Origin: Deltaproteobacteria bacterium
GTDB lineage: Bacteria > Myxococcota > Kuafuiibacteriia > Kuafuiibacteriales > Kuafuiibacteriaceae
Assembly (NCBI GenBank): GCA_040218735.1
Contig: JAVJQW010000067.1
Location: 64,001 to 128,000 of the forward strand
Length of the DNA: 64,000 nucleotides
Direction of reading: 5' to 3'
Made by a program: the position numbers and the translations under genes. A model generated the notes under the pieces. The model did no database searches. It was given only the letters and a program-made list of their open reading frames with translations, and had not been told where the DNA came from. This document shows positions 50,813-60,340 of this stretch, one piece after another. The stretch's first letter is position 1. Every line of letters begins with the position of its first letter.

Positions 50813-52168
50813 ATGACCGACAAAGACGCCATCCGCGAACAATTCTCGGCCCACCAGATCCGACGCGTGAAGATCGGCGGATTCGACGTCGACGGGGTCC
50901 TGCGCGGCAAGTACGTCTCGCCCGAGAAGTTCTGGTCGATCGTCGACGGCGGCATGGGGTTTTGCGACGTCATCTTCGGCTGGGACTCCGCGGACGTCTG
51001 CTACGAGGACGCGAAGTTCACCGGCTGGCACACCGGCTACCCGGACACCCCCGCGAAGATCGATCTGGACACCTTCCGCGTGATCCCCTGGGAGCCCGGG
51101 ACCGCCGCGTTCATCCTCGACTTCGAAGCGCAGGACGGAACACCGACCGCCGTATCCCCGCGCCAGCTCCTCCGATCCGTCCTGAAACGCGCCGACGACA
51201 TGGGCTTCGCGGTGACCGCCGCGATGGAGTTCGAGTTCTTCATCTACCAAGAGGAGCCCGAGGAGCTGCGCGAGCGCGGCTTCTTCCGCCCCCGCCCGCT
51301 GTCACCCGGGATGTTCGGCTACTCATGGCTCCGCACGTCGCAGAGCTCGGGGCTGGTGCACGACCTGTTGGACGCGTGCGACGAGTTCGGCCTCCCGATC
51401 GAAGGTTTCCACACCGAGACCGGCCCCGGCGTCTTCGAGGCGGCGCTGCGCTACACAAACGCGCTCGAAGCCGCCGATCGCGCCGCGCTGTTCAAGACGG
51501 TGGTGAAGGAGATCTGCAGCCACCGCGACCTGATGGCGACCTTCATGGCGAAGCCCGCGAACGGCCTACCGGGTTGCTCGGGACACACGCACCAGTCGCT
51601 GCAACACAAGGACTCGGGCGCGTCGGCGTTCTTCGATCCGAACGCCGACCGCGGCATGAGCCAGACCTGTCGCCAGTACCTCGCCGGGCAGCTCGCGCTC
51701 CTCCCGGACATCGCCGCGCTCCTCGCGCCGAACATCAACAGCTACAAGCGACTCCTCGACGGGAACTGGGCGCCGAACGCCGCGACGTGGGGCGTCGAAA
51801 ACCGCACCTGCGCCATCCGCTACATCCCGGGCACCGACAAATCGACGCGCCTCGAGCACCGCTTCCCCGCCGCCGACACGAACCCGCACACCGCGCTCGC
51901 CGCGATGATCGCGACGGGCCTGTACGGGATCGAAAACGGGCTCGAGCCGCAGGACGCAGTGTCCGGCAACGGCTACACGACGGACGCGCCGAAGATCCCG
52001 ATGTCCCTGCACGCGGCGACGGACGCGCTGGAGAACAGCGCGACGGTGAAGGAGATCCTGACCCCCGACTTCATCGACCACTACGTGATGTCGCGGCGCT
52101 GGGAGGTGCTGCAGTCCGAGAAGGCGGTGACGGACTGGGAGCTGCGGCGCTACTTCGAGCTCGCGTAG
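50813..52168 (+). CDS. Glutamine synthetase family protein (gamma-glutamyl ligase-like)
   Basis: D.DG.LRGK, EFEF, HTETGPG.FE, TFMAKP, GCSGHTHQS, NSYKRL, WG.ENR and RLEHR motifs. Confidence 0.9.
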   Translation: MTDKDAIREQFSAHQIRRVKIGGFDVDGVLRGKYVSPEKFWSIVDGGMGFCDVIFGWDSADVCYEDAKFTGWHTGYPDTPAKIDLDTFRVIPWEPGTAAFILDFEAQDGTPTAVSPRQLLRSVLKRADDMGFAVTAAMEFEFFIYQEEPEELRERGFFRPRPLSPGMFGYSWLRTSQSSGLVHDLLDACDEFGLPIEGFHTETGPGVFEAALRYTNALEAADRAALFKTVVKEICSHRDLMATFMAKPANGLPGCSGHTHQSLQHKDSGASAFFDPNADRGMSQTCRQYLAGQLALLPDIAALLAPNINSYKRLLDGNWAPNAATWGVENRTCAIRYIPGTDKSTRLEHRFPAADTNPHTALAAMIATGLYGIENGLEPQDAVSGNGYTTDAPKIPMSLHAATDALENSATVKEILTPDFIDHYVMSRRWEVLQSEKAVTDWELRRYFELA

Positions 52169-52192
52169 CTCGGTCCGGCGGGCCTCGCCGCT

Positions 52193-52825
52193 TCAGCGGA
52201 TCCAACCCGGCGGCACACTCGCCTTGCGCGCCTCCTCGGGGATCGCGACGGTCAGCTCGTGGTTGAGCTCGTCGATCTCCTTTTCGAGCGCGTCCATCTT
52301 CTTCTTCGCGTCGTCCATCTGCTTCTGCTGCCCGGGCAGCAGCCCGTAGCCGCCCTTGATGGCGATGGCGTTGTACGTCTTCTGCTCCTTGTCGAACTCG
52401 GCGAGCGCTGCCTTCAGCCGCTGCCGCGCGCTCTTCACGCGGTTGCGCCAGAACTCCTCCGTCTGCGCGCGTGCCTTTCGACGCTCCCGGATGTGCTCGA
52501 GCTGCAGGTCGATCGCCTGGATGCGGCGCTGGCGCTCCTCCTCCTCGATCTTCGCCTGGAGTAGGCGCTGGCGCTCGGCCTTCATGCGCTCGCTCTCGAC
52601 GCTGTCCTTGCCGCGCGCCTTCTCGATCTTGCGTAGGCGCTCCGCGCGGTCCCGCTCGAGGTTGTTGTAGTAAGCGCGCCGCTCGGACGGGAGCTGCGCG
52701 AGGCTGTCCGTGTAGACGATCGTCCCGTCTTTCTTCTTGAACTTGTAGACCTGTGCCGAGGCGCCGGCCGACAGCAGCGAGAAACCGAAGGCCACCAACA
52801 GGGCCGTGGACATCCTGCGCATCAT
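52193..52825 (-). CDS. DUF4124 exported coiled-coil protein
   Basis: Signal peptide; 'QVYKFKKKDGTIVYTDS'; C-terminal 'EEARKASVPPGWIR'. Confidence 0.8.
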   Translation of the reverse strand: MMRRMSTALLVAFGFSLLSAGASAQVYKFKKKDGTIVYTDSLAQLPSERRAYYNNLERDRAERLRKIEKARGKDSVESERMKAERQRLLQAKIEEEERQRRIQAIDLQLEHIRERRKARAQTEEFWRNRVKSARQRLKAALAEFDKEQKTYNAIAIKGGYGLLPGQQKQMDDAKKKMDALEKEIDELNHELTVAIPEEARKASVPPGWIR

Positions 52826-52835
52826 GCTCGCTAGT

Positions 52836-54431
52836 ATGGCACACCCGCCGATGGCACAGCTCCCCCTAGGACTCGGCGCGCGCAAGCGCGACGACGACGA
52901 CCGGCCGGCGCGCACGGTCCTCTCCGTGGGGCAGGTGCAAAACCAGCTGCGCCGCACCGTCGAGGGGCGCTTCCGTCACGTCGCGGTGCAGGGGGAGATC
53001 TCCAACCTGCGCGTCCCCGGATCCGGGCACGCGTACTTCACGCTCAAGGACCGGCACGCCGCGCTGAAGGCGATGATGTTCCGCGACGACCTTCGGCAGG
53101 TCGCGTTCCGTCCCAAGAACGGGCAGGAGGTCGTCGCCGCCGGGCAGGTCTCCATCTACGAGAAGAGCGGCGATCTCCAGCTCGTCGTCCGCACCCTGGA
53201 GATCGCCGGCGTCGGCGCGCTGTACGAGAAGTTCGAGCGCAACAAGGCGGAGCTGATCGAACGCGGCCTCACCGCGCCCGAGAACAAACGCCCCATCCCG
53301 CGCTATCCGCGGCGCATCGGCGTCGTCACCAGCCACCACGGCGCTGCGCTGCGCGACGTGCTGCGCACGATCGATCGCCGCGACCCACGCGCGCACGTCA
53401 TCCTGGTCGACACCAAGGTGCAGGGGCGCTCCGTCGAGTTCGAGATCCGCACCGCGATCAAACGCCTCGACGCGAGCGGGCTGGTCGACGTGATCATCCT
53501 TTGCCGCGGCGGCGGGAGCCTGGAGGATCTCTGGGCCTTCAACGAGCTGCCCGTCGCGCACGCGATCGTCGAAGCCCAAACACCGATCGTCACCGGCATC
53601 GGCCACGAGACCGACACCACCATCGCGGACCTCGTCGCTGACGCCGTCGCCTCCACGCCCACGGCGGCCGCCGAGCGCTGCGTCCCGATCCGCGCGGACG
53701 TCATCGCGCGCATCGAGCGGCAAGAGAGCCGGCTGCAACGTAACCTGCACGCCCGCCTCACGGCCGCTTCGCGTGACCTCTTCCGCCTCCAGGATCGGCT
53801 GCGCGATCCCACCGCGACGATCCGCGCCCGCGCGCAGCAGATCGACGATCTCACGCTCCGCGCCGAGCGCGCCGTAGACGCGAAGCTCAAAGCCGAAGCG
53901 GATGGCCTCCGCACCCTCGAGCACCGCCTCCGCGAGCACGCCCCCGCGGCGAGCGTCGCCCGCACCCGCGAGCGGCTCGACGCCGCGACGGCGCGACTCG
54001 AACCGCTCATCCGACGCCGCATCGAAGCCGCGCGCACGCAGCTCGAAGCGGGGCGCGGACACCTCGATCCCCTCGTCCGTCGACGCATCCACGACGAACG
54101 GCAACACCTCGACCGCCTGGCCCGCTCGCTCACCCCCGCGGCCGAGCGCCACGTGCGAACGCAGCGAGGTCGGCTGGACGCCACCGTCGCCGATCTGGGC
54201 CCCGCCTCAGAGCGCGCCCTCGCCGCCCGCGGCGAACGGCTCACGCGCGTGCTCGGCCGGCTCGAGGCGCTCAGCCCGCTGAAGGTCCTCGGCCGCGGCT
54301 ACGCCGTGGTGCGGGACGAAGAGGGCCACGTCGTGGCGTCGAAGGACGCCGTGGCCCCGGGCGATCGGGTCACGGTTCGGGTCGCCGACGGGCGCTTCGC
54401 GGCGCGCGTCGAGGACGACCAAGAGCGTTGA
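52836..54431 (+). CDS. xseA: Exodeoxyribonuclease VII large subunit
   Basis: GEISN, SGHAYFTLKD, RGGGSLEDLWAFN, GIGHETD, TPTAAAE and LSPL.VL.RGYA motifs. Start is 52836 or 52851. Confidence 0.95.
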   Translation: MAHPPMAQLPLGLGARKRDDDDRPARTVLSVGQVQNQLRRTVEGRFRHVAVQGEISNLRVPGSGHAYFTLKDRHAALKAMMFRDDLRQVAFRPKNGQEVVAAGQVSIYEKSGDLQLVVRTLEIAGVGALYEKFERNKAELIERGLTAPENKRPIPRYPRRIGVVTSHHGAALRDVLRTIDRRDPRAHVILVDTKVQGRSVEFEIRTAIKRLDASGLVDVIILCRGGGSLEDLWAFNELPVAHAIVEAQTPIVTGIGHETDTTIADLVADAVASTPTAAAERCVPIRADVIARIERQESRLQRNLHARLTAASRDLFRLQDRLRDPTATIRARAQQIDDLTLRAERAVDAKLKAEADGLRTLEHRLREHAPAASVARTRERLDAATARLEPLIRRRIEAARTQLEAGRGHLDPLVRRRIHDERQHLDRLARSLTPAAERHVRTQRGRLDATVADLGPASERALAARGERLTRVLGRLEALSPLKVLGRGYAVVRDEEGHVVASKDAVAPGDRVTVRVADGRFAARVEDDQER

Positions 54432-54437
54432 CCTCGG

Positions 54438-54692
54438 GTGCCCTTCGACGCGACAAGTCCTCCCGTGTCCGAAGCGCGCCCCACGTTCGAAGGCCTCATC
54501 GAGGAGCTCGAGGGGATCGTCGAGCGCCTGGAGTCGAGCGAGCTGTCCCTGGAGGACGCGATCGACGCGTACCAGCGCGGCGTCACGCTCGCGAAGGAGG
54601 GGCACCAGCGCCTGCAGGACGCCGAGCAGCGCATCGAACGCCTCACCCGCGACGGCCGGACCGTCCCGCTCGACGGTGCCGAGGGGGCCTGA
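54438..54692 (+). CDS. xseB: Exodeoxyribonuclease VII small subunit
   Basis: 'FE..IEELE.IV..LES.ELSLE.AI..YQRG...L..AEQRI'; follows xseA. Confidence 0.92.
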   Translation: MPFDATSPPVSEARPTFEGLIEELEGIVERLESSELSLEDAIDAYQRGVTLAKEGHQRLQDAEQRIERLTRDGRTVPLDGAEGA

Positions 54693-55555
54693 TGCTCCTC
54701 GACCTCGCCCAGGCGCGCGTCGAGCCGGCGCTCATCGAAGCGCTCGAACGCATCGGCGCCCCCCTCCCCGCGGACGGACCCGCCGGCGCCCACGCGGTGC
54801 CCGCCCGCCTCGCCGAGGCGATGAAGTACGCCGTGACCTCGCCGGGTAAGCGCCTGCGCCCGGCGCTGGTGCTCGGCGGCGCCCACGCGGTCGGTGCCGA
54901 GGTCGACGACGTGCTCCCCGCGGCGTGCGCGGTGGAGATGGTGCACGCCTACTCGTTGGTGCACGACGACCTCCCCGCGCTCGACGACGACGACACCCGG
55001 CGCGGCCTCCCCGCGTGCCACAAGAAGTTCGACGAAGCGACCGCGCTCCTCGCGGGTGACGCGCTCCTGACCGAAGCGCTCGCGCTCGTCGCCGACCCGC
55101 GCCCCCTCGCTGCGGGCCGCCCGATCGACGCCGCGCGCCGCGCCGCGGCGACGACGGAGCTCGCGCGCGCGATCGGCGCAGCGGGGATGGTCGGCGGACA
55201 ACAGGACGACGTCACGCTCGGCGAGGACGCCACCCGCACGCAGCTCTACACGATCCACCGCCGCAAGACCGGGCGCCTCATCGCGGCGTCGGTCGCGTTG
55301 GGGGCGATCGTCGGAGGGGGGTCGGACGAAGACATCGCGGCCCTGCGCGCGTTCGGCGCGGACATCGGCCTCGCGTTTCAGCTCGTGGACGACATCCTCG
55401 ACGCGGACGGCGTCGTGCCCCACGTCGGGAACGACGCGGCCCGCCAGGAAGCCGTGGAGCTCACGGTCCGCGCGACCGAACGACTTCAACGCTTCGAAGG
55501 CCGCGGCGCCCCGCTCGCCGAGGTCGCGGAGCAGATGGCGGAGCGCATCCGATGA
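54692..55555 (+). CDS. ispA: Polyprenyl diphosphate synthase (IspA-like)
   Basis: GKRLRP, HAYSLVHDDLPALD...RRG, GQ..D, KTG and FQLVDDILD motifs. Confidence 0.9.
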   Translation: MLLDLAQARVEPALIEALERIGAPLPADGPAGAHAVPARLAEAMKYAVTSPGKRLRPALVLGGAHAVGAEVDDVLPAACAVEMVHAYSLVHDDLPALDDDDTRRGLPACHKKFDEATALLAGDALLTEALALVADPRPLAAGRPIDAARRAAATTELARAIGAAGMVGGQQDDVTLGEDATRTQLYTIHRRKTGRLIAASVALGAIVGGGSDEDIAALRAFGADIGLAFQLVDDILDADGVVPHVGNDAARQEAVELTVRATERLQRFEGRGAPLAEVAEQMAERIR

Positions 55556-55812
55556 AACGCCTGCTGATCGTCCTCCTCTTCGCCGTCGGGAGCCTCCGCT
55601 GCTCGGGTCCGTGCCAGACCCGCTCGGACTGCGACGACGGGGAGTTCTGCAACTTCAACACCGGGGACTGCGTCACCGGCTGCGAGTCCGACGGCGACTG
55701 CAGCCCGTCCACGTACTGCGACACGACCAAGGGCCAGTGCGCGTTGCGCAACATCGTCCGCCCCATCCCGGACGGCGGCACGACCACCAGCACCGCCCCC
55801 GACGCCGGATGA
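55552..55812 (+). CDS. Small Cys-rich lipoprotein
   Basis: Signal peptide plus two 'C....DC....(F/Y)C...TG.C' modules; overlaps both neighbours. Confidence 0.75.
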   Translation: MKRLLIVLLFAVGSLRCSGPCQTRSDCDDGEFCNFNTGDCVTGCESDGDCSPSTYCDTTKGQCALRNIVRPIPDGGTTTSTAPDAG

Positions 55813-56585
55813 AGCCGAGGAAGTCGCGCGTGGACGCCCTCCTCGTGGAACGCGGGTTCGCCGACGACCTCCGCGTGGCGCGCGGCCTGCTGATGGCCGG
55901 GCGTGTGATGATCACCGAACCGAACCGCGGCGAACGCAAGATCGAGAAGGCCGGCGAGCCGGTCGACGTCGCGTCCTCGCTGCGCCTCGTGAACGACCAC
56001 CGGCGCTTCGTCTCCCGCGCCGGCGACAAACTCGACGGCGCGCTCGACGCCTTCGGGCTCGACGTCACCGGCCTCACGATCGTCGACCTCGGCCTGTCGA
56101 CCGGCGGCTTCACGGACTGCCTCCTCACCCGCGGCGTCGCGCGCGTGCACGGCGTCGACCTCGCGCAGGGGATCGTCGACTGGAAGCTGCGCACCGACGA
56201 TCGCCTCGTCCTCCACGAACGCACCGACGCCCGCACGGTCACGCGCGAAGCCCTCGGCATCGAACCCGACGGCTCGGACCGCGTGGACGGCGTGACCATC
56301 GACGTCTCGCTCGTCTCGCTCACCGACATCCTCGGCGCCGCCGCCGGCCTGCTGGACCCGGGCGGGTTCGTCGTCGCGCTGATCAAACCGCAGTACGAGG
56401 TGCTGCCCTCCGTCCTCGTCGACGGCATCGTGGAAGACGACGCCGCGCGCGCCGCCGCAATCGACGAGGTCACCGCGTTCGCGGGCTCGGTCGGGCTCGA
56501 CGCGCAGAGCGTCGTGGCGTCCTCGGTGCGCGGGACGAAGGGCAACCAGGAGCACCTCGCCCACTTCGTCCGGAGGGCGCCGTGA
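55809..56585 (+). CDS. tlyA: TlyA family RNA methyltransferase
   Basis: S4-like RVDALLV; FVSRAG.KL; G.STGGFTD; DVS..SL; LIKPQYE; GNQE. Confidence 0.9.
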   Translation: MKPRKSRVDALLVERGFADDLRVARGLLMAGRVMITEPNRGERKIEKAGEPVDVASSLRLVNDHRRFVSRAGDKLDGALDAFGLDVTGLTIVDLGLSTGGFTDCLLTRGVARVHGVDLAQGIVDWKLRTDDRLVLHERTDARTVTREALGIEPDGSDRVDGVTIDVSLVSLTDILGAAAGLLDPGGFVVALIKPQYEVLPSVLVDGIVEDDAARAAAIDEVTAFAGSVGLDAQSVVASSVRGTKGNQEHLAHFVRRAP

Positions 56586-57559
56586 GGATCGAGCACCTCG
56601 TCCTCGGCACCCTGGTCGACAACGCCCCCGTCGCGCGAACCTACGCGCTGCGCCCCGGCGTGTCGGTGATCGTCGTGGACGACCCCGACGCGGTCGCGTC
56701 CGCCGTGCGCGACACCCTGACGCGCCCCGAGCGCGACGGCTCCGTGGTCCCGTTCGTCAGCGTGGAGATCCAGCACGACGACATCATCCTCACCGTCGCC
56801 GACGACGCCGCGGGCGGGGTCCGCATGATGACGCGCGGTCGCGCCGGCGCGATCCCCGAGGTGCTGGAGATCCACCGCTCGGATCCGGAGGAGATCATCG
56901 ACGGGGGCCTCGACACGATCTTCTCCGCCGTCGCCCACGCGGCCGGCGCGAAGGACATCGAAGACGTCGCGCCCTCGCTCGCGGTCGTCGACGCGGACGC
57001 CGTCGTCGACGACATGTCGCCGCAGGCGCGCCGCTTCCTGGAGTCCTCGCGCCGCGCGCAGGAGCTCGCCGCCGCGGTGCGCGGCATCGACGATCAGATG
57101 ACGGCCTCCGTCGTCCCCGATTGGCTGTGGATCGCGACGGGCGTCGGCGGCCTCGGCGTCTTCTGCACCGCGATCGCGTTTCTGTACCCCGAGCTGCGCG
57201 TCATCCTCGTCGCGGCGCTCGTCGTCCTGTCGGTGATCGGCTTCTCCGCGTACGGCTACCGCGCCGCGCAGGAGATGAAGACACGCGCACGCCTCCAGGA
57301 CGAGCGCGCCAAGCTCCGCGCCCGCCGCGAAGACGCCCGCGCCGAGGCGCGCGCCTTCTCGGATGAGCTCGTCGCCGCAGGCACGGACCCCAACGCGCTG
57401 TTGGTCGCCCTCGGTGATCTCCCGCGCGAGGCCCCGGCGATTTTGGGCGCGACCGACCTCGACCTCGCAGCGCTCGCGGACTCGGGGCGCCAAGTCCTCG
57501 TTTTTTCGCGGCATCCGCCGTCCGACGAAGACTGCCTCGTCCGCCCGGCCGACGCCTGA
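56582..57559 (+). CDS. Hypothetical two-TM coiled-coil protein
   Basis: GTGA overlap with tlyA; two TM helices flanked by coiled coils. Confidence 0.7.
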   Translation: MRIEHLVLGTLVDNAPVARTYALRPGVSVIVVDDPDAVASAVRDTLTRPERDGSVVPFVSVEIQHDDIILTVADDAAGGVRMMTRGRAGAIPEVLEIHRSDPEEIIDGGLDTIFSAVAHAAGAKDIEDVAPSLAVVDADAVVDDMSPQARRFLESSRRAQELAAAVRGIDDQMTASVVPDWLWIATGVGGLGVFCTAIAFLYPELRVILVAALVVLSVIGFSAYGYRAAQEMKTRARLQDERAKLRARREDARAEARAFSDELVAAGTDPNALLVALGDLPREAPAILGATDLDLAALADSGRQVLVFSRHPPSDEDCLVRPADA

Positions 57560-57659
57560 CGCGCTTGGTTCGGATGAGGGCGGTCACGCCCCACGAAACC
57601 GATGTTCGGTGGAGGAATAGTGTCCTTTCAGCCGGCGTTGCACCAACAGAACGACGCAA

Positions 57660-57846
57660 GGGCCGACAAAACGAGCCCGGTTCGTTCGAGCCAGTAACCG
57701 AGGGTTGAAACGCCCGACCCCTCCCCGGCCCGTGCAGGCCCTCGGACTACTGGCGTTCTTTCGCAGTTGGGTTTTGGCCCCGGGGAGTGGTGGTCGTTGA
57801 AGAAGGGGCAGCTTCGACGGTCGTCATTCTCCGGGGTCTCTTTTTT
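57660..57846 (+). ncRNA. Candidate structured small RNA (rod-like hairpin plus long terminator)
   Basis: Nested stems GGGCC/GGCCC, GAGCCCGGTT/AGTTGGGTTT, GCCAGTA/TACTGGC and CCGAGGG/CCCTCGG in a 335-bp non-coding gap. Confidence 0.55.
57778..57846 (+). terminator. Rho-independent terminator-like hairpin
   Basis: 25-bp stem (57778-57802 with 57812-57836, many G-U pairs) followed by TCTCTTTTTT. Confidence 0.75.
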
Positions 57847-57894
57847 CCCCACCATCGGTCACCCATCCGAATCGATGTTTGCGACACTCCATCC

Positions 57895-58785
57895 ATGAAG
57901 GCACCGCGCTTCGTCGAAGGGGGCCGCATCGGCGTCTTCGCGCCCGCGAGCGCGTTTGATCCCGAACGTTTCAAGCGCGGCGTAAGTACGCTGGAAGGCC
58001 TGGGGTTCGAGGTCGTCCTCCACCCGCAGCTCGCGCTGAAAACGGGCTTCCTCGCGGGGGCCGACGACGCGCGCATCGACGCGTTCCTCGAACTGCTCGC
58101 CGACGACAGCATCGACGCCCTCATCGCCGCGCGCGGCGGATACGGTGTTCATCGACTCCTCCCCCGCCTCGACCCGGCCGTCGTCGCCGCTGCGAACAAA
58201 CCGATCGTCGGGTTCTCGGATCTGTCGGCGCTGCACGCGGTCGCGCAGCGCGGCGGGTTGGTCTCCTACCACGGCCCCGTCGTCACGCAGCTCGGCGACC
58301 TGTCGTACGACGACCACGCGGCGCTCGTCGACACGTTGGCGGGCCGCTGGTCGCGCACGATTCGCGCGGCGCACACGATCGTCGAAGGCGTCGCGGAAGG
58401 CCCGCTGATCGGCGGGTGCCTCTCCGTGCTCACGCCCCTTCTCGGCACGCCGTACCTCCCGCCGCTCGACGGCGCGATCCTCGTGCTCGAGGACGTCGGC
58501 GAGCCGCCCTACCGCATCGACCGCCAGCTCACGCACCTGGAGCTCGCGGGGGTGTTCGACCGCGTCGCGGGGATCGCCGTCGGCGAATTCGTGAACTGCC
58601 GTTCGCCGCGCGAGGGCGAGCAGTCCATCGACGAGGTCCTGGACGAACGTCTCGGTCGATGGGCCTGCCCGGTCGTCGCCGGGTTGCCGTTCGGACACGG
58701 AACGGTGAATCTCACGCTACCGCTCGGCGCCCATGCGCGGCTCGATGCCGCGGCGCGGACGCTCACGGTCGCGAGCCCGACTTGA
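57895..58785 (+). CDS. ldcA: LD-carboxypeptidase (peptidase S66)
   Basis: APAS, RGGYG, GFSD (Ser), GGCL, LEDVGE (Glu) and FGH (His) motifs. Confidence 0.9.
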   Translation: MKAPRFVEGGRIGVFAPASAFDPERFKRGVSTLEGLGFEVVLHPQLALKTGFLAGADDARIDAFLELLADDSIDALIAARGGYGVHRLLPRLDPAVVAAANKPIVGFSDLSALHAVAQRGGLVSYHGPVVTQLGDLSYDDHAALVDTLAGRWSRTIRAAHTIVEGVAEGPLIGGCLSVLTPLLGTPYLPPLDGAILVLEDVGEPPYRIDRQLTHLELAGVFDRVAGIAVGEFVNCRSPREGEQSIDEVLDERLGRWACPVVAGLPFGHGTVNLTLPLGAHARLDAAARTLTVASPT

Positions 58786-59975
58786 CCTCACCGATCGACA
58801 TCTTCGCCGCGGGCGCCCGCGACGGCGTCTACCCCGGCGGACAGCTCGCCGCGTCGCGCGAGATGAAACGCATCGTCACCGCGGCGGTCGGACGCATCGG
58901 CCCCGGCCTCGAACCCACCAGCGACAAGGTCAACTACGACCTCGCCTCGCTCACCAAACCCCTCGCGACCACGGTCCTCGTCGGCAAGGCGCTGGAGACC
59001 GGGCTCTGTGATCTCACCGATCCGATCTGCAAGTTCGTGCCGGGCGTCGATCCCGAGATCCGCATCGAGCACGTGCTCGAACACTCCGCCGGCTTCCCCG
59101 CGCACCAACGCTTCGACCGGACGCTCCCCGACACCGTGACCCCCGGCTCCTGGGACGCCTGGCGCCACATCGTCTTCCGCGCCGCGCACACCCCGCGCAC
59201 CGCGCGTCCCGGCCTGAAGTCGGAGTACAGCGACATTGGCTTCATCCTCCTCGGCGCCGCGCTGGAGGTGATGTTCTGCCGGCCGCTGTCGATCGCCTAC
59301 GCGCAGCTCGGCACGCACCTGTTCTACCGCGACCGGCGGGGCACACCCGCGCTCCCCCCCTTCCTCCCGCCGTGGCCGATCGCCCCGACGGAGGACGACT
59401 GCGCCATCGGCTTCGTGCACGACGAGAACTGTCGCGCGATGGGCGGCGCGGCCGGACACGCCGGGCTGTGGGGCAACGCGGAGGGGACCCTCCTCCTCGC
59501 GGAGCAGCTCGTCGCCGCGTACCACGGCGATCGCCGGTGCCTCCTGCAGCCGGAGACCGTGCGCCGACTCTGGCAGCCCAGCCTCGTGAAGGGATCGACG
59601 CGCACGCTCGGGTTCGACCGTCCGTCGAAGGTCGGCAGCTCCACGGGCGGCCGGTGGCCGAGCTCCAGCGTCGGGCACCTCGGATTCACGGGGACCAGCC
59701 TGTGGATCGAGCCGGACCGCGCGCTGATCGTCGTCCTCGTGACCAACCGCGTGTGTCCGACGCGCGCGAACAACATGATCCGGCGCCTCCGGCCCGCGCT
59801 GCACGACGCCGCGTGGACGTCGTGGGCGCGCCCCATGGTGCGCCCCCGCAAACGCCGCGCCGCGGGCGTGCGTGCGCTCCCGCCGGACCGCGCACCCACG
59901 ATGCGAATCGAGATCGACAGCGGGGAGCGGCCGACGGACCCGCAGGTCCCGGCCAAGAAGCGGCGACGTCAGTAG
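58782..59975 (+). CDS. Beta-lactamase-family serine hydrolase
   Basis: SLTK (SxxK), YSD, VHDEN, GHAGL and GHLGFTGTS motifs; TTG start overlaps the ldcA stop. Confidence 0.88.
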   Translation: MTSPIDIFAAGARDGVYPGGQLAASREMKRIVTAAVGRIGPGLEPTSDKVNYDLASLTKPLATTVLVGKALETGLCDLTDPICKFVPGVDPEIRIEHVLEHSAGFPAHQRFDRTLPDTVTPGSWDAWRHIVFRAAHTPRTARPGLKSEYSDIGFILLGAALEVMFCRPLSIAYAQLGTHLFYRDRRGTPALPPFLPPWPIAPTEDDCAIGFVHDENCRAMGGAAGHAGLWGNAEGTLLLAEQLVAAYHGDRRCLLQPETVRRLWQPSLVKGSTRTLGFDRPSKVGSSTGGRWPSSSVGHLGFTGTSLWIEPDRALIVVLVTNRVCPTRANNMIRRLRPALHDAAWTSWARPMVRPRKRRAAGVRALPPDRAPTMRIEIDSGERPTDPQVPAKKRRRQ

Positions 59976-60340
59976 TCGCGCAGGAACTGGCAGGCGCCGT
60001 CCTTCGCCTCCAGCTGCATCGGCATCAGGTCCTGGCTGGTGCTCGTCTTCACGAACAGCCCCACGCGCGACCAACCCGGGGAGACCGGACGCACGAACGC
60101 GAGCTCGACCGCGCTGTCGCGCAGCAGGCGCGCGCGCATGGAGGGGGTCTTCACCAGCTCGCGCAGCGCGGCTTCGTCCTTGGCGTTCGCGGCGGTGACG
60201 AGGCGCGTCGCGCAGTCGTCCGCTGCCGCGCCGAGCTGAAGGCCGCTCGACAGGAACACCCCGACCGCGATCAGCCCCGCGACGACGAGCGCGACCTTCG
60301 TGGAGGTGCGTCCGAAGATCGCGCGGAGCAGCTCACCCAT
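59969..60340 (-). CDS. Hypothetical membrane-anchored protein
   Basis: N-terminal TM helix; overlaps the exonuclease stop. Confidence 0.65.
   Translation of the reverse strand: MGELLRAIFGRTSTKVALVVAGLIAVGVFLSSGLQLGAAADDCATRLVTAANAKDEAALRELVKTPSMRARLLRDSAVELAFVRPVSPGWSRVGLFVKTSTSQDLMPMQLEAKDGACQFLRDY

Noticed and set aside
57660-57846. SRP (4.5S) RNA or tRNA identity for the structured intergenic region
   Set aside because: It lacks the CAGG-N-GGAA-N-AGCAGC helix-8 motif and any cloverleaf or TTCG T-loop arrangement.
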